From contig JBLNDL010000008.1 of assembly GCA_050261575.1 (NCBI GenBank), forward strand, positions 1 to 62,867: a stretch of 62,867 bases of DNA. The letters run 5' to 3'. Below the pieces are notes generated by a model, which saw only the letters and a list, made by a program, of their open reading frames with translations, was not told the DNA's origin and did no database searches. This stretch comes from Sphingomonadaceae bacterium. GTDB taxonomy: Bacteria > Chloroflexota > UBA6077. Positions 55,784-62,867 of the stretch are shown in pieces. The position numbers and the translations under genes were made by a program. Position 1 is the stretch's first letter, and each line of letters begins with the position of its first letter.

Positions 55784-56623
55784 TTGGACGCCCAGATCGA
55801 GTTGCGCGCGTCCATCCCCCGGCTGCGGCGATTGGTGGCGAGCCTCGCTTTCGCCGCCAACGCGCTATTGTTCGGCCCCTTCTACCTGCCCGGGGCTCTG
55901 GAAACCCTGCATCGCCATGTTGCCATCGACCCCATGTCTCCGGCAATGCTGAGCGTCGTTTTCGGAGTGTTCTTTCACAGCATCTTCTTCAGCCAGCCGG
56001 GACGCTACCTCCTCCTCAGCGCGATGGGGGTGGGGCTACTTGTGGCCGCCCTACTACTGGCCCGTCCCGGCCGTACCGCTCGGCTCCTGCTGAGCCTCAC
56101 GCTGTTGGGCGTCTTGGCCGTTCCGTGGGTCTACCGCTACCAGCCCGCCCTTTCCGCCGCGCCTGGCTACCGAGTGCTGGTCGCCACCCAGCCGGGGCTG
56201 CTGGAGGGGGCGACCAAGCGAGCCCAGGTAGCGGCGGAGCACCGACCCTGCGATTACTCCCTCCTGGGATGGAGCGCCGACGACGCCCTGTACTATCAGG
56301 AGGGGTGTCGAGGGGGTGCGCCTCGGATCATGGCGATCGCGCCGGGTCGGGAGGAGCAGCCCCGGGTGGTGGAGAGAGTGCCGCCGGACATCAGCGCCGA
56401 GAGCAAGCTATCGGCGGCGAGCCTGGTGCGCTCGAACTCCCGGGTATTTGGCCCCGACGGGCGGCTGCTGGAGAGCGCCGAGGCAGAGCGCAGCCGCATC
56501 CGCATCAAGCTGCGCGAGGGCGGCCTGGAGTCGCCAGATGGGCGGTGGGTAGCCATCGTTGCGCGGCACATCTATGGGCCCGAGGACGTGCTGATCCTGT
56601 CGAAGGATGAGGACGGGGCGTAG
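55784..56623 (+). CDS. Hypothetical membrane protein
   Basis: GAGGAGG RBS with TTG start; about four TM helices; C-term SPDGRWVAI repeat-like motif. Confidence 0.6.
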   Translation: MDAQIELRASIPRLRRLVASLAFAANALLFGPFYLPGALETLHRHVAIDPMSPAMLSVVFGVFFHSIFFSQPGRYLLLSAMGVGLLVAALLLARPGRTARLLLSLTLLGVLAVPWVYRYQPALSAAPGYRVLVATQPGLLEGATKRAQVAAEHRPCDYSLLGWSADDALYYQEGCRGGAPRIMAIAPGREEQPRVVERVPPDISAESKLSAASLVRSNSRVFGPDGRLLESAEAERSRIRIKLREGGLESPDGRWVAIVARHIYGPEDVLILSKDEDGA

Positions 56624-56646
56624 GTGGCTCCGCAGGAGCCACCTAC
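56620..56646. repeat. GTAG-type REP-like hairpin
   Basis: GTAGGTGGCTCC-gca-GGAGCCACCTAC; related GTAG/CTAC hairpins at about 22390, 51510-51580 and 59630-59695. Confidence 0.75.
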
Positions 56647-56711
56647 GCCCCACTGCGCGGGAAGCGGTGCCCGCCGGAACCGATCGATAAGTGGAGGTAA
56701 CGGAACTACCG

Positions 56712-56954
56712 ATGGATACCGAGAAAATGCTGGCCGCACGGTTCGTGTGCGCCAAGTGCGGCGGGAACGGGGCCAGGGTGAAGAAGCTGGCCATGTCGGG
56801 AACGGGGCTCTCCCGCCTCTTGGACCTGCAGTACAACCACTACGCCTTCGCCTCTTGCCAGACGTGTGGCTACACCGAGGTGTACGACCTGGCGACGTTA
56901 GGGGGGAAGATGGGCCAGGGGATGAACATCCTGGACGTGCTGTTCGGCGGCTAG
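56712..56954 (+). CDS. Small zinc-ribbon protein (DUF2082-like)
   Basis: FVCAKCG...LSRLLDLQYN...SCQTCGYTEVY...ILDVLFG. Confidence 0.85.
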   Translation: MDTEKMLAARFVCAKCGGNGARVKKLAMSGTGLSRLLDLQYNHYAFASCQTCGYTEVYDLATLGGKMGQGMNILDVLFGG

Positions 56955-56976
56955 AGAGACCGACAGATCCTCGTCT

Positions 56977-57381
56977 GTGGCGGCAGGCATCGTTGCCGTG
57001 CGTCGGTGGAAGCCCCACTACTACGACGCGGCGGGTCCGGCGAACTACTACTCCGCCAACCTGGTCGTCCAGGGACGCTTCGGGTGGCGCGTCGAGTGTC
57101 GGGCATCGACCACGCTGGGCCGGGTGGAGTCGGGGTTCGCGGCAGGTCGCATGAGGGGCGACTCCGTGGCGCCGGTGAGCTACGGCTACGGGGTGAGCGA
57201 CCGGGGCAGCGGGGTGCGGGTGGAGTGGGAAGACGGCCGGGTGGACACCGAGGCGCTCCATCCCAACGGGTCCTTCCTTGTGGTGCGGGACGCCGCGGTG
57301 GAGGTGGAGAGGGTGGAGCTGCTGGACGCGGACGGTGGGGTGCTGGAGAGCAAGGAGTGGCCGCCGATTGGAGGTCGCTGA
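56977..57381 (+). CDS. Hypothetical protein, possibly 5'-truncated
   Basis: Coding-like composition; VRVEWEDG...NGSFL...VELLDADGGVL beta-rich motif; weak start context. Confidence 0.45.
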   Translation: MAAGIVAVRRWKPHYYDAAGPANYYSANLVVQGRFGWRVECRASTTLGRVESGFAAGRMRGDSVAPVSYGYGVSDRGSGVRVEWEDGRVDTEALHPNGSFLVVRDAAVEVERVELLDADGGVLESKEWPPIGGR

Positions 57382-58187
57382 TGTCGAGAAGGGAGGAGGC
57401 GTCCGCAATCGGGACGATGCTACCGTTACTGGTGGCTCTCGCCTGCAGCGCCTGGCTGCTGTCCGCGCGCTTCCTCGCCGGCTATCTGGTGGACGCGTTG
57501 TGGGAAGTTCGGTACGTGTTGTTCGAGCTGCTCGCGCTGCCCGCCTTCGTCTGGTCGGTCCTGCTGTCCGTGGCCTACCTGCTGCGGGCTCCGGCCTCCG
57601 CCTGCCGAGTGGCTGCCCTACCGCTGGCCGTCGACGCCCTGGCGCTTGCCCTGTTCCTCGTGCCCATGCCCCTGGTCGGTCAGATGGACTTCCAGCGCCA
57701 CCAGTCGACCCGTACCGAGGTGGTGCGTCGGGTGGAGGCCGGGGAGCTATGGAACGGGTCGCCGCACCACTCCATTGCGTTCCTGCCCCGGGAGTACCCA
57801 ACATCCGTCTCGAACGCCGCGGGCCAACGGGGTATCACGGTCTATCGCGAGGATGGCGCCCTCCACGTGGTCTTCTACCCCGTGACGAACGTCCTGGTGG
57901 ACGAGCGCGCTGCCATCGTCTATCGCTCCGATGGCCAAACCCCATCGCCCGCGAGCCCGCGCCTGCCCGACACGGTATCCAGCGAGAGACTGGGGGATCG
58001 GTGGCACCGCGTCGTCTTTGCCGGCTTCGGCCCCACCTTCTACGTGGGGTCGCTGCAGCTCACGCTCGTGGCGGTGCTGGCCAGCAGCCCTCTGGCGATA
58101 CCGCTGATGGTGTTCATCCTTCGGCGGCGCCCTAGTCAGGGCGAGCGCTCCCCGTCCGAGACGGCGCGTGTCTGGGTGAGGGGGTAG
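57381..58187 (+). CDS. Hypothetical membrane protein
   Basis: GGAGG RBS; ATG overlaps the upstream stop; three N-terminal and one C-terminal TM helix. Confidence 0.6.
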   Translation: MSRREEASAIGTMLPLLVALACSAWLLSARFLAGYLVDALWEVRYVLFELLALPAFVWSVLLSVAYLLRAPASACRVAALPLAVDALALALFLVPMPLVGQMDFQRHQSTRTEVVRRVEAGELWNGSPHHSIAFLPREYPTSVSNAAGQRGITVYREDGALHVVFYPVTNVLVDERAAIVYRSDGQTPSPASPRLPDTVSSERLGDRWHRVVFAGFGPTFYVGSLQLTLVAVLASSPLAIPLMVFILRRRPSQGERSPSETARVWVRG

Positions 58188-58340
58188 CGCCTCGAGTGGA
58201 TGGGCTGGCTGTGATACGCTTCCTGACTACGATGTGAAGCTTCACGAAATGGGAGACGGCAGCCGCGACTCTGTAGCCGAACTGTGACTTCCTGGCGGCC
58301 GTTGGCCTCGAAACCCTGTAGATCCCTGGGATGTGTGAAC

Positions 58341-59611
58341 GTGGCAGCACGGAGGGCGCGACTCCTCGCGGCTCTGGCGTTGCCGGTCCTGCTGGCGGCT
58401 ATCGGGTGCGCCGAAGCCCGGGCGCCGCAGGGCCCCGAAGGGGCGGTGGTGGCGATGCGCTTTGCCCAGAGGGCTGGGTACCAGCCGACCTGGACGGGTG
58501 TCTCCCTGGGCGGGGGACAGGTGGTGACCTGCACCCCCTGGGGCGACGAGAAGCCGGCCTTCGATCGGATCGATCTGCTGTGGGGCGATGGGAAGACGGC
58601 CGAGGCGGAGATCGTGAAGGTAGAGGAGAAGTGGGGGATGGCGCTGTTGCGGAGTAGCGACGCTGCACCGCCGGGACCGGGCCCCACCGTGAAGCTGAAA
58701 ACGGGCGACAGGGTGTATCTGTTGGGGCGGGAGGAGGCGCCCTTGGTGGGGACGCCGGTGCCGGAACCGCGGTGAGCGGGGCGGCTGCGGGAGGCTGAGG
58801 GGGAGGTGACGGCGGTGGGTGTGGCCCTGCCCGATCCCGCGGCCCTGGCTCAGACCCACGCGCCGGGGCCCTTCCTGGAGATCAGGGTGGTGGGCTGGTC
58901 CGGTCTGGCCGGCGGTCTCGTCCTGGACTCCCAGCGCCGGTCGGCCGCCGTGGTGCGGTTGGTCCAGGTAGCCGGCACCGACAAGCCGATGCCGTCCTAC
59001 GCCCTGCCCTTGGAAGAGGTTGCCGCTTGGGCGCAGGTGGCGCCGCCCGCGGGCACCCCGCCGGCGACACGGGCGGCGTACGACCTTGGGCAGCTCGTCT
59101 CTGCCTTCAGGGAAACCCTCCCCGGCGACGACGAGGTGGTGGCCCTGGTGGACGGCGAGCCCGTTACCAGGGGGACCGTGCGCAAGGGCGCCCTGGCGGT
59201 TCGGGCGAATCAGCCGGGGGTCGACGGAGGCGAGGCTCGCAGGATCGCCTTCCACACCGCTGCCAAGCGGGCGGTTGCCGTGGCTGAGGCGAAGCGACGG
59301 GGGCTGAAGGTGACTCCCGAGGAGTCGCAGCAGGCAGTCGACTACCAGCGGCAGCTGTGGAGCAAGGCGCCGCCGGAGCAGCGGGCGCTTCTCGAGCGGG
59401 ACATCGCCGAAGCGGCCTGACGGAGGATGAGAACTGGGAGCGGTTCAAGGAGAACCACGCACGCGCCGCGCTGCCGATGAAGCTGGCCCAGCAGCGGGCC
59501 GAGGAGGCGGCCAGGGCTCGGCCACTCGTCCAGCCGCCGCCCTTCGACGACTACCTGGAGGAGCTGCTGAAGAGGGCCCGCATCGAGTATCGGGACCAGT
59601 CCCTGCGGTGA
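58341..59611 (+). pseudogene. Interrupted lipoprotein with protease-like N-terminal and SurA-N-like C-terminal regions
   Basis: Lipobox LAAIGC; in-frame TGA at 58773 joins ORFs 58284-58775 and 58806-59420; frameshift near 59410 into ...FDDYLEELLKRARIEY. Confidence 0.55.
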
Positions 59612-59693
59612 TGGTGAGTTCGGCAGTCGAAGGGGCGTCTGAGGCCCGCCCCTACGCCGGATCCAGGCGGCGGGGGACAAGCCCCCGCCCTAC

Positions 59694-60887
59694 TTACTCA
59701 CCCATCACTTCTTCGATCTCCCCCCACACCTCCTCCACCGCCACCCATCTCAGGCAGCGGTGGTCGATGGGGCACTCCCAGTGTTCGCAGGGGCTGCACT
59801 CCACCGGGCGGTGGACGGTTCGGTGGCGGTCGCGATCCAGCGGAGCCCATCGGCGGGGGTTGGCTGGCCCGATGATCCGCACGCTGCGGGGCGCCAGCGC
59901 AGCGGCCAGTTGGGCGGGGCCGCTGTCGTTCCCCACGAAGAGGTCCACCCGGGCCAGGAGCGCGGCCAGCCCACCCAGGGAGAGCCTTCCGGCGAGGTTC
60001 AGCCCTGGGGCGCCTGAGGCATGGAGCACCTCCTCCGACAGGGTGGCTTCGTCGGGGCCGCCCACGAGCAGCAGAGTCGCCCCCCAGCGCCGGTGGAGCA
60101 GGGCGGCTAGCTCGGCGAAGCGGTCGGCCGGCCACCTCCTCGCCGGGGCTCGGGCGCCGGCGTGCATGGCCACCACCGGGTGGTGTACCGGCAGCTCCTT
60201 CAGCTCGGGTATCGCCACCAGCTCCTCCAGGTCCTCCGGCAGCAGGGGGAACTCCAGGTGAACCCCCGCAGGGCTCACCCCCAAGCTGTGGGCGAGCCTC
60301 AGCACCCGCAGGATCTCCGGTTCCCTGGGGGACATTCGCAGCAGCCGGAGGAAGGAGCGGCCCACATCCGCGTCTCGGCAGAAGCCGGCGGTTGCCCTGC
60401 CACCCAACGCCAGGGCCAGGCGGGCGTGGTCGGGGTCGTCACCCTGAAGCTGCAGGACCAGGTCGTAGCGGCTGCTGCTGGCGTCGTTGAGGGTGTGCTG
60501 GATCGCACCGTCGTGCCTCCAGGATTCCCAGTCGCCCGCTGGCTCCCCCAGTGGGACGATACGGTCCACCCACGGGAGGCGCCGTGCCAGCTCCGCCGCC
60601 CACGGTTGGGCGATCAGCGTGATCTCCGCCCGAGGGAACCCTCGGCGGAGGGCCCGCAGCCCGGGCACGGCCAGCAGTAGGTCGCCCAGCCGGCCGGGCC
60701 GTACCACCGCGATCCGGGCCACCTCGCCTGGGTCGGACCATGGGAGGGCGCGGGGTTCGCCGGGCTCCTGGGGCGGGGGGCTCCCCGCGAAGTGGTGGTA
60801 GAGACAGTCGAAGCCGCCGCAAGTGGACCCGTTGCCCGGGGCGGCGGAGGGACGGCCGCAGCGCGGGCAGGGGGCCACCGGCCTCAC
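59694..60887 (-). CDS. Glycosyltransferase family 9 (heptosyltransferase-like)
   Basis: RPGRLGDLLLAVP.LRALR; HAGA...RRWP; FVGNDSGPAQLAAA; C-term CSPC...CPIDHRC. Confidence 0.9.
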   Translation of the reverse strand: MRPVAPCPRCGRPSAAPGNGSTCGGFDCLYHHFAGSPPPQEPGEPRALPWSDPGEVARIAVVRPGRLGDLLLAVPGLRALRRGFPRAEITLIAQPWAAELARRLPWVDRIVPLGEPAGDWESWRHDGAIQHTLNDASSSRYDLVLQLQGDDPDHARLALALGGRATAGFCRDADVGRSFLRLLRMSPREPEILRVLRLAHSLGVSPAGVHLEFPLLPEDLEELVAIPELKELPVHHPVVAMHAGARAPARRWPADRFAELAALLHRRWGATLLLVGGPDEATLSEEVLHASGAPGLNLAGRLSLGGLAALLARVDLFVGNDSGPAQLAAALAPRSVRIIGPANPRRWAPLDRDRHRTVHRPVECSPCEHWECPIDHRCLRWVAVEEVWGEIEEVMGE

Positions 60888-61714
60888 GCCGCCTTCCCCC
60901 GCCGTACGTGGCACTCCGCCACCCGTTGCTCCCACGCTTCCTGGCGGGCGTCCCGGTAGCCCCACTCCGTGATGTCCAGACTGTAGGTGCCGATGCCGTC
61001 CAGCAGGAACCCCCGGCACAGCTTCCCTCCGGTCCACGGCTCGGCCCTGGACTGCTCGAATCGCGCCAGCAGGGTGTCTATCACGCGTGCGGGGATCTCC
61101 TCCCGGTGGGATGGGAAGACGTACCGGAAGAGCACCAAGATGGAGTACAGCACCTCCCAGTGCTCGCCGAAGAGCATCAGGACCCGATCCCAGTCCATCG
61201 ACCTCGAGGCCACAACCAGCATGTGGAAGACGTCCGCCCAGTCGAAGCGCTCGCGGCTGGCGACGAATGCCTTGGAGTAGATCATCTCCTCCGCCGACAG
61301 CACCGGGGCGGGGATGCCCAAGATGTCCCCGACCGTGGCGCGATTCAGGTAGTCTCGATCCACGTAGTCGAGCCAGTTGCCCATGCCGTAGATCAGATCC
61401 ACCTTACGGTTATCCTTCAGCGCCTCCGCCAACCACTCCGGGTGCTTGATCCGGGCATCGAAGCCAACCGACTCCAGCAGCTTCATGGCCCAGTCCGTGT
61501 GCTCGGGGAGGAGGAAGATGTCCAGGTCCTTTGCCACCCGCCAGAAGCCCGTGTACCAGTGAAGCGCGAAGGCGCCCCCCACGGCGTACGGCAGGCGCGC
61601 CGCGTTCAGGGTCAGCAGCGCCCGCTGGAAGATCTCCCTCGTCTGCGGGTCCACCGGGTACTCGGTGGGGGGCATTTCTCGATCCGGCCAACCGCGCCCG
61701 GCGGGCTCGTCCAT
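60884..61714 (-). CDS. Uncharacterised nucleotidyltransferase
   Basis: YAVGGAFAL..YTG..R..KDLDIF Pol-beta-type motif; RERFDWADV. Confidence 0.85.
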   Translation of the reverse strand: MDEPAGRGWPDREMPPTEYPVDPQTREIFQRALLTLNAARLPYAVGGAFALHWYTGFWRVAKDLDIFLLPEHTDWAMKLLESVGFDARIKHPEWLAEALKDNRKVDLIYGMGNWLDYVDRDYLNRATVGDILGIPAPVLSAEEMIYSKAFVASRERFDWADVFHMLVVASRSMDWDRVLMLFGEHWEVLYSILVLFRYVFPSHREEIPARVIDTLLARFEQSRAEPWTGGKLCRGFLLDGIGTYSLDITEWGYRDARQEAWEQRVAECHVRRGKAA

Positions 61715-61719
61715 GATGG

Positions 61720-62754
61720 CTACCTCCTGCCCGGCTCCAACGCCGGATGGCTGTTCGCAAACTCGCCCCGAATCGCCCTCTCGTACACCTCGATGTAGCC
61801 GTCCACCATGCGATCCACCCTGAAGTTGGCGCTGGCGTGCTCCCTGCAGCGCTGGGGGTCGAGACTGCCGGCCAGAAGTACGGCCTCGGCCATCTCCTCG
61901 ACGCCGTCGACCAGGAAGCCGGTTTCGCCCGGCACCACCAGCTCGGGCAGCGCTCCCCTGCGCATAGCTACCACGGGAGTGCCCGAGGCGGCAGCTTCCA
62001 GCGCCACGAGTCCGAAGGGTTCCTCCCAGCGATCTGGCATCAGCAAGCAGTGGGCCTCGGCCAGCAGCTCGCCCTTTCGCCGGCCGGTGACCTCGCCCAG
62101 GTACTGTATGTGGTGGTTCAAGTGGGGTCTCACCTGCTCGTCGAAGTATGCCTGCTGGTCGGGGTGGGGCGGCGGAGCCGCGATGAGCAGCCGCATACCC
62201 AGCCGTTTGGCCACCCGGATGGCCAGATCGACGCCCTTGTTCGGGTGGAAGCGTCCCAGAAACAGCAGGTAGTCCTTCTTGGCAGACGCGGGCTGGAAGA
62301 GCCGCAGGTCGATGGCGTTGTGGACGACGGCGACGACGTTCAGGTGGGCCGAGGCCGACTTCTGGGCGTGGCTGACCGCCACGTAGGGGTGCTCGGGGAC
62401 GGCCGCCAGCACCGGATGAACGTAGTGGAGGGTGCTGATGCATCGGGTCTCCCGCAGGCTGGCCATGGCAGGGCCCGCGAAGAGACAGTGGTTGTGGATC
62501 ACGTCGAACTCTCGGGACAGCGCCAGCGCCCGGCTGACGTGGACCAGCTCCCTGTAGTCGAAGCGATGCACGGCCTCGACCTCGGGGAAACGAATGAAGC
62601 GGGCAGAGGTCGTGGAATCGCCGTGGGCGAACAGGGTGACCTCGTATCCCCTGCGAACCAACTCCTCGGTGATCAAGGAGGCTATCAACTCTGATGCCCC
62701 GTAGCCTCTCGGCGGTGTGGGCAGGTGAGGCGTCGACAGTTGGGCTATCCGCAT
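61720..62754 (-). CDS. Glycosyltransferase family 4
   Basis: PPRGYGASE; FLGRFHPNKG; WEEPFGLVALEA..SGTPVV. Confidence 0.92.
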   Translation of the reverse strand: MRIAQLSTPHLPTPPRGYGASELIASLITEELVRRGYEVTLFAHGDSTTSARFIRFPEVEAVHRFDYRELVHVSRALALSREFDVIHNHCLFAGPAMASLRETRCISTLHYVHPVLAAVPEHPYVAVSHAQKSASAHLNVVAVVHNAIDLRLFQPASAKKDYLLFLGRFHPNKGVDLAIRVAKRLGMRLLIAAPPPHPDQQAYFDEQVRPHLNHHIQYLGEVTGRRKGELLAEAHCLLMPDRWEEPFGLVALEAAASGTPVVAMRRGALPELVVPGETGFLVDGVEEMAEAVLLAGSLDPQRCREHASANFRVDRMVDGYIEVYERAIRGEFANSHPALEPGRR

Positions 62755-62867
62755 CGACCGGGACTCCCCATCGTCCGAGAGATACCCGACGCTCTGGTCC
62801 GGCGCCGACGGTGAGGAGGGGCAAGAGGTATACCAGGGGGGAGAACAGGGGCGAAGCCGGGGGGGCC

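Noticed and set aside
58773..58775. In-frame TGA as selenocysteine
   Set aside because: No SECIS-like hairpin follows, there is no Cys-type context, and the same gene has a frameshift.

Overview
High-GC bacterial chromosomal window; the protein styles suggest a monoderm, probably Chloroflexota (inference, not tested). In order it carries: a GntR-PBP regulator with tupAB (tungstate uptake, no ATPase); a receiver protein and a GAF-GAF-PAS protein; a stand-alone PIN; a five-gene MoxR/DUF58/vWA operon; a sigma28-driven MCP; rnz-dsbA-vkor; a TspO pseudogene; murJ; a complete E. coli-type nuoA-N operon with fused nuoCD; a CDF transporter; gatCAB; rlmD; dnaE; a PHP phosphatase; an aminopeptidase; DUF4337; AIR-synthase-like and ADP-forming acyl-CoA ligase genes; a decaying accessory block; and a GT4-nucleotidyltransferase-GT9 cluster. 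I saw no tRNA, rRNA, CRISPR array or transposase. The most unusual signal is non-coding. (1) A ~75-nt dispersed element occurs five times (1-67 on minus; 1536, 29895, 39295 and 42876 on plus). It has inverted ends (CTAAGCAGGTATCTC...GAGATRCCTGCYTAG), an inner stem and a conserved TTCCCGCC-x-GAAGTTG core, and three copies sit in the leaders of tupA, gatC and rlmD. (2) Several other short repeat families fill the spacers and have also inserted in-frame into RNase Z, MurJ, NuoG and DnaE. All calls are from reading the sequence by eye; no searches were run.
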